A stretch of 64,000 nucleotides of DNA from Candidatus Nomurabacteria bacterium (GCA_023898465.1 CP060223.1:384001-448000); one strand, 5' to 3'. Numbered from the stretch's first letter, positions 10,093-20,302 are shown. Notes: a model not told the origin generated them from the letters alone. Made by a program: numbers and translations.

Positions 10093-10923
10093 TTACTCCG
10101 TCAAGCCTGGAATAGGATGTGAGGATGGCGTGTTTTGCCGAAAATATTTGGCAAAGTAGCGAATACCGGAATGAATGTGAATTCGGGTGGCTGCAGTAAA
10201 TATGCCACTAAGGCCCGGACTCTCAGCAGATAAACGACGATGATAATGCACTAAGGCTGCTTCTGGATAATAGTAGACCGCATAGCCTGCCGCCCAAAAG
10301 CGTCTGCACCAATCCACATCTTCAAAATAAAGGAAGTATCGCTCATCCATTTCACCAATCTGCTCATAGGCTGACCGTCGTACGAGCATACAGGCACCTA
10401 ATACCCAGTCCACTGGCTGCGTGTGCGTCTTTTCGGTATCACGCATGATGTAGTGGCGAAGTGCCTTTTTTGCCCAAGGCAAATTACCCAAAGGTGTACG
10501 GCGATAGAGAGGAATCATCATGCCAGGAAATCGATACATTGATTCCTGGACAGTTCCATCAGGATTGGTAAGTTTTGGAGCGAGTAAAGCAATTTGCGGA
10601 TTTTTTTTCATGAAATCGAGCATCTTCTCGATCATGTTTTCAAAAATGGCAATGTCAGGATTGATGATAAGGAAAAACTGACCTTGCGCGGCTCGCATAC
10701 CCACATTATTTCCAGATGCTAAGCCCCTGTTTTCATTAAGTTGAATACCTTTGACGTCTGGAAAACGCTCCTGCAGCATTTCCATTGTGCCGTCATTGGA
10801 ATTATTATCTACGACGATAACTTCATATGAACAGCGCAAATGAGATTGTTCAATACCACGCAAGCAGGTTTTTACTAAACCGCGCGATTTATAATTTACG
10901 ATAATTATTGATAGTTCAACCAT
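10093..10923 (-). CDS. Glycosyltransferase family 2
   Basis: LSIIIVNYKS ... VDNNSNDGT ... a DxD-type GT-A N-terminal domain. Confidence 0.8.
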   Translation of the reverse strand: MVELSIIIVNYKSRGLVKTCLRGIEQSHLRCSYEVIVVDNNSNDGTMEMLQERFPDVKGIQLNENRGLASGNNVGMRAAQGQFFLIINPDIAIFENMIEKMLDFMKKNPQIALLAPKLTNPDGTVQESMYRFPGMMIPLYRRTPLGNLPWAKKALRHYIMRDTEKTHTQPVDWVLGACMLVRRSAYEQIGEMDERYFLYFEDVDWCRRFWAAGYAVYYYPEAALVHYHRRLSAESPGLSGIFTAATRIHIHSGIRYFAKYFRQNTPSSHPIPGLTE

Positions 10924-10924
10924 A

Positions 10925-11947
10925 CTATTGAAACCATTTACGAAGTGATTGTTGGGAAACGCGAGCCTTATGCATGAGGGCTTTTTTCTTTTTCCGCATT
11001 AGGGGCATTAATTTGAGAGCAGCGATACTCTGCCGCAGAACTGAAGGCTGAAAGAAAAGCAGGTAAATAAACTTTTTCAGTTCATAGCTTAGTATCCAAG
11101 GAGCGCTAAGAAGAAAACTTGCGATACTTTCATTTTTTGCAAGCATGAGCAAATGATTTCGGTACGAGAGTGCGTTAATCACCTTTGCTCTATGTCGATG
11201 TTCAGCAACAACCTGTCGGGTGCTTTCACTATCACCTCGGGCACTTCGATGGTGATATGCCAGCGCCTGTGGTATGCACCATGCTTCCCAACCAAGTCGC
11301 TGTAAGCGCCAGGCCATATCCACATCTTCTTTGTAGGCAAAGAATTCCTCATCAAAGTACTCATCTTGGTAACGAACATCTTCTAGGGCCTGTCGTCGGT
11401 ATACTACTGCAGAGCCGCTTATGCCAAACACTGGGGTAGGAGCATCGAATTGACCTCGATCTCGCTGACCCTCCCCACGATCGACCACTCGCCGGCTACG
11501 CAGACCCTGTAAACCGACCGAATCAATCCTATCAGACATATCTACTTGCTTCAAATCCCCTTCCGCAAAGGCGAATCTTAGCGTTTTTCCGCCAATGCTG
11601 CCGCATTTGGGCTTGCTTTGTATGCCATGCATCAGAGTTTCCAGGAATGTAGATGTGGCGATGATATCCGGATTAAGCACAAGGACAAATGGTGAGCTGG
11701 AGAAATGAATACCTTGATTATGTGCTTTTGCGAAGCCCAGGTTTGTACGATTTTTTATTACCTGAATTTGTGGATAGTTTGCGCTAAGAATTGCAAGCGT
11801 GTCATCAGTAGAATTATTATCGATAATTAACACGCGGAAGTTTTGGTAGCTTTGTTTTTTTAGCGATTCCAAGCAATGCTGAATAAAAATTCCACTATTC
11901 CAGGTGACAATATGAATACTTAATTCTGGCGTTTCAGGATTCTGCAT
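10925..11947 (-). CDS. Glycosyltransferase family 2
   Basis: LSIHIVTWNS ... IIDNNSTDDT. The probable start is the internal Met (MQNPETPE); the ORF track extends to 12004. Confidence 0.75.
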   Translation of the reverse strand: MQNPETPELSIHIVTWNSGIFIQHCLESLKKQSYQNFRVLIIDNNSTDDTLAILSANYPQIQVIKNRTNLGFAKAHNQGIHFSSSPFVLVLNPDIIATSTFLETLMHGIQSKPKCGSIGGKTLRFAFAEGDLKQVDMSDRIDSVGLQGLRSRRVVDRGEGQRDRGQFDAPTPVFGISGSAVVYRRQALEDVRYQDEYFDEEFFAYKEDVDMAWRLQRLGWEAWCIPQALAYHHRSARGDSESTRQVVAEHRHRAKVINALSYRNHLLMLAKNESIASFLLSAPWILSYELKKFIYLLFFQPSVLRQSIAALKLMPLMRKKKKALMHKARVSQQSLRKWFQ

Positions 11948-13505
11948 GAGTATTTGGAACAAGCGTGAAAATGAGAGCGCACATGAGTATCGCGCTAATA
12001 CCAAGCGGATGGTTTAAATATGGTGTAAAGGCGTGAGCAGCGAGTAAGGAAAGTAATGCGCTGAGCGTACCAAGTTTAATAATCAGTTCATATTGGTTTT
12101 GTACCTTCCACTGAAATCCTTTCCGAAAGACACTTCCCAAAAAGATGAGATAGATAAGTAAGCCAATACCTCCTAGTTTTACTAAAAGGTCTAAGTAGCC
12201 CCACTCATACACATAGACCGCTACAGTTTCTACCTCGTCGGTCCCGGCTACCAGTGAACGATATCGAACAAGTGTTCCAAAGCCGGATCCAATAAGAGGC
12301 GCCTCTTTTATTTTTTCAACAACATTGGGCAGTAATTGTAAACGGTTCGATGCGGCAAGCTCGGTGTTAGGTTGAAAAAGTGATTGCAGGCGTCCCACGC
12401 TGGCATCCCAAGCACCCGGCACAATTGCTAAAGCTCCTAGCATAACAACAAGCACAGTCAGCGAGGTAAGGAAAAGGCGTAACTTGAATTGCTTTGGTAA
12501 TATGGCAAAAAGAAAAAGTATTCCGACAGCTAACCCAAACCAAAAGCTACGTGAGAATCCGATAAACAGTGCTGCGCCAAGTAAAAAGAGGCTAAGTACA
12601 CCGATGTATCGCGAGCTGCTCCACTTACTTGTCTGTAAGAGAAAAAGCAGGGCTGGAAAAAGTAGTAATAAAATGTAGAGATGGCTTATTACAAAAACCC
12701 GGAAAATTCTTCCACTAAAGTATGATATTTCAGCCATGCCGGTATCTCTTGCCCAGCGATAGACACTTGGACGATCTTGAGTTATCTCACTGCGGTCAAG
12801 TTGAATTTTTGAAGCATCGAGCTTTGTAGTCTGGCCAAGTCGGGCTGGCTCACCACTATCCTCATCCAACTTTGCCAGTTGTCCTGAATCAACCTGGGTG
12901 GCACTTACAAAATTTGGACGATAATAGACCGTGGCAAAAAGTGTGCTTAAGAAGAAGGTAAAAACTATTAGGGCCAAGGTTGCGGCAGCGCCCCAGTAAG
13001 CAAGACTACGCAGCTGCCCTATATTTCGTATACTCTGGAACAACGGGAAAACAAAAAGAAAATAAATATAGCCATTGAGGTCAAAAAACCATATCTCGTG
13101 CGGATTTTTTGCATAGCCCAGCATAGCTGCGAGGAGGATCCAGAGCGCCAAGCTGAGTAATGGCCAGCGAAATTGGCTTTGCCATACCGTTATTCTTTTT
13201 TCACGTATGACTTGCCAAAGAAAGACGAGACCGAGAATGCCGAAAATGGCGTAGCGAATGGGAATAGCCTGACCAAAAGCGACAATAGAAAAAATGTAAC
13301 CCTTGCCGCCAATAATAAGTTCGCTCAGAGCTATATAAATTCCATACTCCGGTGCTCGAAAGCTAAGGTAAATGGTACACGCAACAATGAGGAAAAAAAG
13401 CGTGGTATTTATCCAAGGGTAGAGAAAACCAAGATACGCTAATCCGTAAAGCGCTAAACACACACTAGAGAGCAAGGAAACTTTCTTCAGCACAGTATTA
13501 GTCAT
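11934..13505 (-). CDS. O-antigen ligase / Wzy-like polymerase family polytopic membrane protein
   Basis: 523 aa with at least 10 predicted TM helices and a large extracytoplasmic loop; it sits in the glycan locus. Confidence 0.5.
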   Translation of the reverse strand: MTNTVLKKVSLLSSVCLALYGLAYLGFLYPWINTTLFFLIVACTIYLSFRAPEYGIYIALSELIIGGKGYIFSIVAFGQAIPIRYAIFGILGLVFLWQVIREKRITVWQSQFRWPLLSLALWILLAAMLGYAKNPHEIWFFDLNGYIYFLFVFPLFQSIRNIGQLRSLAYWGAAATLALIVFTFFLSTLFATVYYRPNFVSATQVDSGQLAKLDEDSGEPARLGQTTKLDASKIQLDRSEITQDRPSVYRWARDTGMAEISYFSGRIFRVFVISHLYILLLLFPALLFLLQTSKWSSSRYIGVLSLFLLGAALFIGFSRSFWFGLAVGILFLFAILPKQFKLRLFLTSLTVLVVMLGALAIVPGAWDASVGRLQSLFQPNTELAASNRLQLLPNVVEKIKEAPLIGSGFGTLVRYRSLVAGTDEVETVAVYVYEWGYLDLLVKLGGIGLLIYLIFLGSVFRKGFQWKVQNQYELIIKLGTLSALLSLLAAHAFTPYLNHPLGISAILMCALIFTLVPNTHAES

Positions 13506-14430
13506 GCGCGGTTGGAGTTTTAAGCTTTAGCATGCTAAGCGGAGCGGCCAGCGCGGCCAGAAAAAGACTAAGAGGTCGAGCGAGTCTAAGAACTATAGTA
13601 TCCCATCGTGAGCCATGTTTGGCAAAATAGATTTGCATGCTGTGAATAAAATAGCGCTGCTTGGTAATACTGAGCACTTGCCTGAAGCTCTCACCTCGAG
13701 CATGAAATACTTCTGCCTGTGAGGTATAAAAGACTTTAAGTCCGGCCTTTTTTACACGATAGCAATAATCAACTTCTTCAAACCATATAAAATAGTCCTC
13801 ATCAAGTAGGCCCACTTGTTCAATTGCATTTTTGTGTATAAGAAAAAATGCTCCTTTTACCTGATCCACTTCCCCATCCTGCGTATAATTCCAACTCGAT
13901 GCGTAGTACCTTTTCAAGGCAGGAAAACGAGGGAAAAATCGATGCAGTTTAAGCATGATGAGTAACTGATCGCTTAGCTGAGGAAAAGCTCGAATACTCT
14001 CTTGCGTTGTTCCATCTTCATTTACGAGACGGCATCCGAGCACGCCAATATTTTCTTCCTGTTCCAGCACTTGTTTTACCTTACTTAACGTATCTATTTT
14101 GACAATTGCATCTGGGTTAAGGAGTAGCATGTGGCCGGGTTTTGCAGCACGTATGCCTTGATTTACCGCCTTTGCAAAGCCTACATTTTTACTATTGGCA
14201 ATGAGAGTAATGTTTGGATACTTTTCTTTTAGCGACCTAAGCGAGCCATCTTGGGAGGCGTTATCGACAACGATAATATCTTCTGGATTTTGCCTGCTCT
14301 GCAAAAGCGCGGCTATGCATTGGAGTACTAACTCCCTCACATTCCAGCTCACAATTATTACGGTCATAGGTGTTTGAGACATTAGCGTACTGGGTGCAGA
14401 AGCCGATAAATCGTAAAGGAGATTTTCCAT
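13498..14430 (-). CDS. Glycosyltransferase family 2
   Basis: MTVIIVSWNV ... VVDNASQDGS. An alternative start is the internal MSQTPM near 14382. Confidence 0.75.
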   Translation of the reverse strand: MENLLYDLSASAPSTLMSQTPMTVIIVSWNVRELVLQCIAALLQSRQNPEDIIVVDNASQDGSLRSLKEKYPNITLIANSKNVGFAKAVNQGIRAAKPGHMLLLNPDAIVKIDTLSKVKQVLEQEENIGVLGCRLVNEDGTTQESIRAFPQLSDQLLIMLKLHRFFPRFPALKRYYASSWNYTQDGEVDQVKGAFFLIHKNAIEQVGLLDEDYFIWFEEVDYCYRVKKAGLKVFYTSQAEVFHARGESFRQVLSITKQRYFIHSMQIYFAKHGSRWDTIVLRLARPLSLFLAALAAPLSMLKLKTPTAHD

Positions 14431-15107
14431 ACAAGACTCTTCAATGCGCCGCCTTTAGGGAGTTGATGCTTTTGAGACAGGTACGCCTTAGCCTCGGCCC
14501 GCAACTCACTACGAGTGCTAATTGCACTGCGCTGATGTGCTAAGGTCTGAAAGAGTTGAGGTGCTACAGCGACTCCCCTGCCTCCTTTTTCCACCACACT
14601 TAACCAGAGATCCCAGTCTTGGAAGCGCTTCAGGTGAGTATCAAAGCCCGGGAAATGTGCACGGCGGATGAGCGACATCGTGGAAATAAAGTTTAAGCGT
14701 TGTAGCCAGTAGTGGCTGAAATGTACTGCTGGCATTGGCCGCTCATCAAACACAAAGCTACCATAAGCAAAGGCGGCCTTAGTATTTTTTTGAAGTGCAG
14801 TGAGTAAGGTGTGAAGCGCATTCGGCGCTAACTTCACATCTGCATCGCAAAAGTAAAGATATGCACCTTTACTGAGTCGTGCTCCAGCGTTGCGAGCAGC
14901 TGGTGCGCCTTGAGCTTCCTGTTGAAGTACTTGGATATTTTCTTTAGCTAAATCCTGGGCAATATGCAAAGTATCTTGAGTTGCTCCGTCGCAGACAATA
15001 ATAATTTCTACATTAACACTTTGCTGCTCCTGAATACTTTGTACAGTAGTGCGTAGAGTCTCCGCATCATTTTGACACGGGATGATAACACTAATAAGCT
15101 CATTCAT
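14382..15107 (-). CDS. Glycosyltransferase family 2
   Basis: MNELISVIIPCQND ... IVCDGATQDT. The start is chosen at the internal Met; the ORF track extends to 15173. Confidence 0.75.
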   Translation of the reverse strand: MNELISVIIPCQNDAETLRTTVQSIQEQQSVNVEIIIVCDGATQDTLHIAQDLAKENIQVLQQEAQGAPAARNAGARLSKGAYLYFCDADVKLAPNALHTLLTALQKNTKAAFAYGSFVFDERPMPAVHFSHYWLQRLNFISTMSLIRRAHFPGFDTHLKRFQDWDLWLSVVEKGGRGVAVAPQLFQTLAHQRSAISTRSELRAEAKAYLSQKHQLPKGGALKSLVWKISFTIYRLLHPVR

Positions 15108-16224
15108 GAAGGAGCTCCTCCATTGTGCGCTTCCAGGTAAATTCAGTTTGCACACGAGTATAATGCTTCTCACCTAATTGTTGTGCCCAGGTTTGGTCAC
15201 CCATAAGCTCTTTTATGGCTCTAGCTAACTCCTCTGGATTTCCCGGATCAACTAGTAGTCCGCTTTGCGCGGGTAGCACAATATCCTCGGCTCCACTTTG
15301 CCTTGTGGCGATAACAGGTAGCCTATAACGAGCAGCTTCTAAGAGTACTATTCCGAAACTTTCTGCGTGTCCTCTCACTGGGCGACTAGGTAGTACAAAC
15401 ACATCAGCTTGCGCATACCATTTAGCTTTTTCTTCAGCATTGTCTGGTATTGCTCCGATGAAATGTACTTGCTCAAGTATGCCTAATGTATTGGCGAGTT
15501 GTTTGAGGGCGCCCATTTCGGGACCATCACCAACGACAATGTAGCGAACAGGTGCTTTTAGCAATGCTAAAGCGTGAAGCATGACATCAATCCCCTTCAT
15601 TGCTACTAGTCGACTTATTGTGAGGACGGTAAAACCTTCAGTTGATGTTCTCTGTGGTAATTCCGGAAAATCAGCAAAATCAATCCCAGGGTGTGCAATG
15701 CGAATTTTTTTCTGAAGCTTTGGGTCTGTACCAAAATGCTTTGCGGTCTGATTGCTGTTTGCATAAAGAGTGTCGGCAAAGCGTAAGGTCAACCGGTAAA
15801 AAAATGCATGCACTGGATTTTGTTGCGGCAACACAGCATCAATGCCGTGAGACATAATATCGTAGCGGATTCCTAAACAGAGACGCATGAGTGGCGCAAG
15901 GATAGCGTATTGCGCATAGTGGCCAAATAAAATGCGATGTATTTCAAAGCGACGTATATACCGTGGAAGTCGCCAAAGCATAGGAAGCCAGCTTGGCTTG
16001 CACCAAGACCAGGCAAAAAGCTTTTGACGAATTACCCGGTGTGGAATGTTGTCATCATTCGCGTCTACTTCTTTATCCGTCCAAATAATCAGCGAATCCT
16101 CTGGCCATCGTCTCGTTACCTCAGACCAAAAATGCTCTAAACCTCCAAGTTTAGGCGGAAAAAAAGCGGTAATGAGTAATGTTTTATTCTGCCGTTGCGC
16201 CATTTCTTCGTCGAATAATCCCAT
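15100..16224 (-). CDS. Glycosyltransferase family 4
   Basis: ESFGIVLLEAARYRLPVIAT, the GT4 EX7E region. Confidence 0.8.
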   Translation of the reverse strand: MGLFDEEMAQRQNKTLLITAFFPPKLGGLEHFWSEVTRRWPEDSLIIWTDKEVDANDDNIPHRVIRQKLFAWSWCKPSWLPMLWRLPRYIRRFEIHRILFGHYAQYAILAPLMRLCLGIRYDIMSHGIDAVLPQQNPVHAFFYRLTLRFADTLYANSNQTAKHFGTDPKLQKKIRIAHPGIDFADFPELPQRTSTEGFTVLTISRLVAMKGIDVMLHALALLKAPVRYIVVGDGPEMGALKQLANTLGILEQVHFIGAIPDNAEEKAKWYAQADVFVLPSRPVRGHAESFGIVLLEAARYRLPVIATRQSGAEDIVLPAQSGLLVDPGNPEELARAIKELMGDQTWAQQLGEKHYTRVQTEFTWKRTMEELLHE

Positions 16225-17653
16225 AAAGTGTTTGTATGTCTGTACGGGTTATCCCTCCAACTAGGAAGAAGGCAATGGCATAAATAATCGCGGCGATCGG
16301 TAGCAGGGCAAAGACAGACAAGCTAGAACCAAGCGCTAAAAGAATCCCTACCATAATCGCAGAAGCAATGAGGCTGCGAGCCCAACGTCCGAGGAGCCAA
16401 ACGATGCGATACTTCGCCACTTTCCATGACCAGATTGTGCTGAGCACAAAGAGTACTAATGCACTAAGGAGCGCTGCTGCACTTGCTCCAACATGCTGCC
16501 ATTGTGGGATAAGAATAACATTCGCCACGATGTTAACAATGGTTGTAATCATTATATTAATCGTGTGAATTTTCTGTTTATTACATGCTCCAAGCAAGGT
16601 TCCGGCAATGAGATTAATGAAAATAAATGGAAGGCTAAGGATGGAAACCTGCAAAGCTGAAATACTCTGGGCGTAGGTTGGCCAAAGATTTGGGTTGGTG
16701 ATCAGAGGACCAGCGAGGACAAAAACACCAGCCGCAATTGGTGTGCCAATACTGAGCATGAAAAAATATGATTGTTCAAGCAAGCGTCGCAGCTTATCCT
16801 GTGAGCTAAGATAAAGCTCACTGAAGGCCGGAAAGACACTATTAGAGATTGCTAAAGGTAAAAACTGAATAGCATACGTAAGCTTGTAGGCAACACTGTA
16901 CCATCCCACATGTGCGTCATCCGTCATCTGTTTAAGTAAGACAATATCAACGTAGGCATAGAGCTTCGTGAAGATGCCAGCCAGGAAAAACGGTGTTGCC
17001 CACTTAGCAAATTGCTTGATAACCGAAAGATCAATCCGAGGAGTAACTTTGAATTTCAGCGTCCTGACCATATGCCAAAGTGCATAGGAAAAGTTTGCCA
17101 AGGCGCCGAGCATCACGGCAATACCCAGGATAATCGGACTAGGGTTAATTACTAAGCCAACAATGCCGAAACCTAGCACAAAGACTTGGTGAATAATCGT
17201 TCCAGTGGCTTCGTAGCGGAAGTTTTGATACCCACGAAAAATGCCATACAGCGTAACGCTGAAGGATTCGATAACCATTGAGATTCCAGCCAGCCAAAGC
17301 ACTTCTTGGGTAAGAATATCGTATCCTAAAATGAGTGCGGTAACCCAAATTCCGGCATAGGCCAGCACCGCCAAGAAAATTTTAATCGCCAGTATGGTGG
17401 AAAGATAACTTTGCGTTTTCTCTTTTGCTCGAGCGACTTCACGAATAAGTACTGGGTTAAGTCCCAGATCAATACCAATGCTAAAGATCGTGACAAAAGA
17501 AATAGCAAAGACATAAATACCCGTATGCTCAGGTGAAAGTGTGCGAGAATAAAAAACAAAGTACCCAAATGAGAGCACTTTTTGTGCAATATACGCGGCC
17601 GTGAGATAGGTCGAGTTTCTAAGTACTTTTCCTGAACTTTCGGAAGGTGACAA
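16184..17653 (-). CDS. wzx: Polysaccharide biosynthesis protein / Wzx-type flippase (MOP superfamily)
   Basis: 489 aa with about 12-14 TM helices and a Wzx-like N-terminus. Confidence 0.65.
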   Translation of the reverse strand: MSPSESSGKVLRNSTYLTAAYIAQKVLSFGYFVFYSRTLSPEHTGIYVFAISFVTIFSIGIDLGLNPVLIREVARAKEKTQSYLSTILAIKIFLAVLAYAGIWVTALILGYDILTQEVLWLAGISMVIESFSVTLYGIFRGYQNFRYEATGTIIHQVFVLGFGIVGLVINPSPIILGIAVMLGALANFSYALWHMVRTLKFKVTPRIDLSVIKQFAKWATPFFLAGIFTKLYAYVDIVLLKQMTDDAHVGWYSVAYKLTYAIQFLPLAISNSVFPAFSELYLSSQDKLRRLLEQSYFFMLSIGTPIAAGVFVLAGPLITNPNLWPTYAQSISALQVSILSLPFIFINLIAGTLLGACNKQKIHTINIMITTIVNIVANVILIPQWQHVGASAAALLSALVLFVLSTIWSWKVAKYRIVWLLGRWARSLIASAIMVGILLALGSSLSVFALLPIAAIIYAIAFFLVGGITRTDIQTLYGIIRRRNGATAE

Positions 17654-17699
17654 GTCGGAACCCTCTCACGAAATTATGATAAATCTGACGGAGTGCGAA

Positions 17700-18179
17700 C
17701 TAGCGCTTTTGCCACTGCGGTGCACGTCGAGCACGCTTCAGACCTGGCTTCTTACGCTCCTTCACGCGGGCGTCACGAGTAAGCCACCCAGCTTGTTTGA
17801 GAGCTTTACGATGCTCAGGGTCAGCCACGAGCAGGACGCGAGCAATGCCATGTCGAACTGCTTCAGCCTGACTGTGCTTACCACCACCCTGCACTTTTAC
17901 GGTGTAAGCAAAGCGCTCATCAGCTGCAACAAGATCAATCGGTGATTTCACGATGGTATGCAATTCCGGTTCTGGGAAGTACTCATTCAGTGGCTTTTCA
18001 TTCACTGTAATCTCCCCTACACCACCGGCTAAGCGGCGGACGCGAGCGACTGCGGTCTTACGTCGACCCACAGCATATAAGTAGTCTCGCTTCTTTGGTG
18101 CAGATTTTTTAGGTGCAACACCACGAGCTTTTCGTTCTCGGGCAACCTTTTGCTTTACCGTTGTCTTGCTTGTAGCCAT
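17700..18179 (-). CDS. rpsI: 30S ribosomal protein S9
   Basis: Ends ...GGGKHSQAEAVRHGIARVL...ARVKERKKPGLKRARRAPQWQKR. Confidence 0.9.
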   Translation of the reverse strand: MATSKTTVKQKVARERKARGVAPKKSAPKKRDYLYAVGRRKTAVARVRRLAGGVGEITVNEKPLNEYFPEPELHTIVKSPIDLVAADERFAYTVKVQGGGKHSQAEAVRHGIARVLLVADPEHRKALKQAGWLTRDARVKERKKPGLKRARRAPQWQKR

Positions 18180-18185
18180 AACTCG

Positions 18186-18560
18186 TTAAACTATATGAAG
18201 ATTCTTAAGTAGCTTTGCTTGAAGTCGATTCTTAGGCAGCATACGGCGGACCGCATCACGCAATACCTTTTCAGGAGATTTTGTAAATGCTTGACGCAGG
18301 GTTTGTTGCTTTAAATTACCAGTGTAGCCGGTATGCTTGTAGATTATCTTGTTATCCAGTTTATTCCCGCTAAAACTCACCTCGTTAAGGTTTTTTACAG
18401 TAACCTGAACAGGTGCAACCAGGTTTGGTTGATATGTTGCCTTATGCTTGCCTTGGAGATAGCGCGCGATTTCAGATGACATCCGTCCAAAGGTTTTGCC
18501 TTTAGCATCAAGCGTAATATGTTCGATTTGCATTTCCTTTGTCATACGCTTATTCAACAA
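18186..18560 (-). CDS. rplM: 50S ribosomal protein L13
   Basis: LDAKGKTFGRMSSEIARYLQGKHK is L13-like. The start may be the internal MTKEM. Confidence 0.85.
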   Translation of the reverse strand: MLNKRMTKEMQIEHITLDAKGKTFGRMSSEIARYLQGKHKATYQPNLVAPVQVTVKNLNEVSFSGNKLDNKIIYKHTGYTGNLKQQTLRQAFTKSPEKVLRDAVRRMLPKNRLQAKLLKNLHIV

Positions 18561-18903
18561 ATTCTAAACTGACAATTGCAGCACCATCACCTTGGCGCTG
18601 ACCAAGTTTGATAATTCGAGTGTAGCCACCATTGCGCTTGGCAAAACGTGGGCCGACTTTGGTGAGTAGCTTATTCGCATTGCGTTCGTTACCAAGCAGA
18701 GAAATTAGGCGTCGGCGCTGTGCTAGGCTAGAAGTTTTACTGGCAGTAACCAGCTTTTCTACAAAGGGCTTAATATATTTTGCCCTTGCTTCTGTGGTCG
18801 TGATCCGCTCATGCAGAATAAAACTATTTGCCAAGGCCTTTTTCAAAGCTTCTCGGTTAGCCTTTGGGCGATTAAGTTTTTTTGTCGTTAATCGATGCCG
18901 CAT
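18550..18903 (-). CDS. rplQ: 50S ribosomal protein L17
   Basis: MRHRLTTKKLNRPKANREALKKALANS... canonical L17. Confidence 0.9.
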   Translation of the reverse strand: MRHRLTTKKLNRPKANREALKKALANSFILHERITTTEARAKYIKPFVEKLVTASKTSSLAQRRRLISLLGNERNANKLLTKVGPRFAKRNGGYTRIIKLGQRQGDGAAIVSLEFVE

Positions 18904-18907
18904 GGAC

Positions 18908-19660
18908 TTATTTGCTTTCCTTAACCTCTTCTTCTGCTTCCTCAGCTACTTCTTCTTTTTCAGCTTCCTTCTCAGCGAGAGGTGCTTTTAACAAGTCAAA
19001 GTGAGCAAAGAGTACTTCGGCAGCATCACGGAAGGCTTGTTCAGGGTCAATAGTTCCATCAGTGGTAATATCCAGCTTCAACTTATCGAAGTTTGTCATT
19101 TGACCAACACGAACGTGCTCAGTTGAGAAGTTGACTGTGCGTACAGGTGTGTAAATAGCGTCGATAGCAATTTGACCGATTTCACGCTCTTCTTTTTCTC
19201 GTGTTTCAACTGGAATGTAGCCACGACCAGGAGCAACTCGTGCCTCTAGTTCAAATTCAGCATCTTTATCGGTTAAGGTGGCAATCACCTGTGAACCATT
19301 TACGATTTCTACCTGACTTGGAACAGTGAAATCTTTCGCTTTTACCACTTTGTCACCCTTTACCTTCAGGGTAATGGTCATTGGTTCGTCGCCTTGGAGC
19401 TTCAAGCGAACTGATTTGAGATTCAAAATAATGGTAACCACATCCTCTTTCACATTTGGAAGAGTGGTAAATTCATGATCAGCACCCTTAATTTTGACGT
19501 CTGTAATTGCAGCGCCAGGGAGTGAGCTTAAGAGCACGCGTCGCATAGCATTACCCAGAGTTGTACCGTAGCCTGGATAGCACGGGGTAACCGTGATGGT
19601 AGCGCTCTGAGCGTCTTTGCGCTCGACGTCGATGCTTGATGGAAGAGGAATGTTCTCCAT
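18908..19660 (-). CDS. rpoA: RNA polymerase alpha subunit, N-terminal domain only (250 aa, acidic C-terminal tail, no alpha-CTD)
   Basis: TLGNAMRRVLLSSLPGAAIT... aligns to the alpha-NTD. The protein ends about 25 aa after the NTD with AEKEAEKEEVAEEAEEEVKESK. The next gene, rplQ, starts 5 nt downstream. Confidence 0.85.
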   Translation of the reverse strand: MENIPLPSSIDVERKDAQSATITVTPCYPGYGTTLGNAMRRVLLSSLPGAAITDVKIKGADHEFTTLPNVKEDVVTIILNLKSVRLKLQGDEPMTITLKVKGDKVVKAKDFTVPSQVEIVNGSQVIATLTDKDAEFELEARVAPGRGYIPVETREKEEREIGQIAIDAIYTPVRTVNFSTEHVRVGQMTNFDKLKLDITTDGTIDPEQAFRDAAEVLFAHFDLLKAPLAEKEAEKEEVAEEAEEEVKESK

Positions 19661-19689
19661 AATCGTGTGAGGGTAAAAAACGGAACTAA

Positions 19690-20301
19690 TTATCGTGAAT
19701 AAAATTCGACGATCTGTGGCATTTCGATGCCAAGCTTCAAATCGTCCTCAGCCGGCAGTCGCTCTACACGGCCTTCAAGTTTATCTACATCTTGAGTAAG
19801 CCAAGATGGCAAAGTAGTATTTTTGGTAAGGAGTTTTTTCACATCCTGCCAATAGGCTGATTCTTTGCGGTTTTCATGTACGCTGATAAGGTCATTCACT
19901 TTTACTTCGTAGGAAGGAATAGTGAGTTTGCGACCGTTTACCAAGAAATGTCCGTGACTGATTAACTGACGAGCAGTGTCACGACTTGGCGCAAAACCAA
20001 GGCGGAAAACAACATTATCGAGACGGGTTTCTAAAAGCTGCAATAGAATTTCACCAGTATTACCTTGCTTGCGGATTGCTCGTTCGTAATATTTAACGAA
20101 TTGACGCTCTAAGAGACGATAAATCGCCTTTGCCTTTTGCTTCTCGCGTAGCTGAGTGCCGTAGGCTGAAACACGGCGATTCACACGTTGTCCGTGCATT
20201 CCTGGTGGATAATTTCGCTTTACCAGGATTTTTGACTTGATGCCGATATCTGCACCGGCTCGTCGAGATTGCTTTGCTTTAGGTGAGAGATTGCGTGCCA
20301 T
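19690..20301 (-). CDS. rpsD: 30S ribosomal protein S4
   Basis: 203 aa with an S4-like N-terminus and an S4 RNA-binding domain. Confidence 0.9.
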   Translation of the reverse strand: MARNLSPKAKQSRRAGADIGIKSKILVKRNYPPGMHGQRVNRRVSAYGTQLREKQKAKAIYRLLERQFVKYYERAIRKQGNTGEILLQLLETRLDNVVFRLGFAPSRDTARQLISHGHFLVNGRKLTIPSYEVKVNDLISVHENRKESAYWQDVKKLLTKNTTLPSWLTQDVDKLEGRVERLPAEDDLKLGIEMPQIVEFYSR

Positions 20302-20302
20302 A

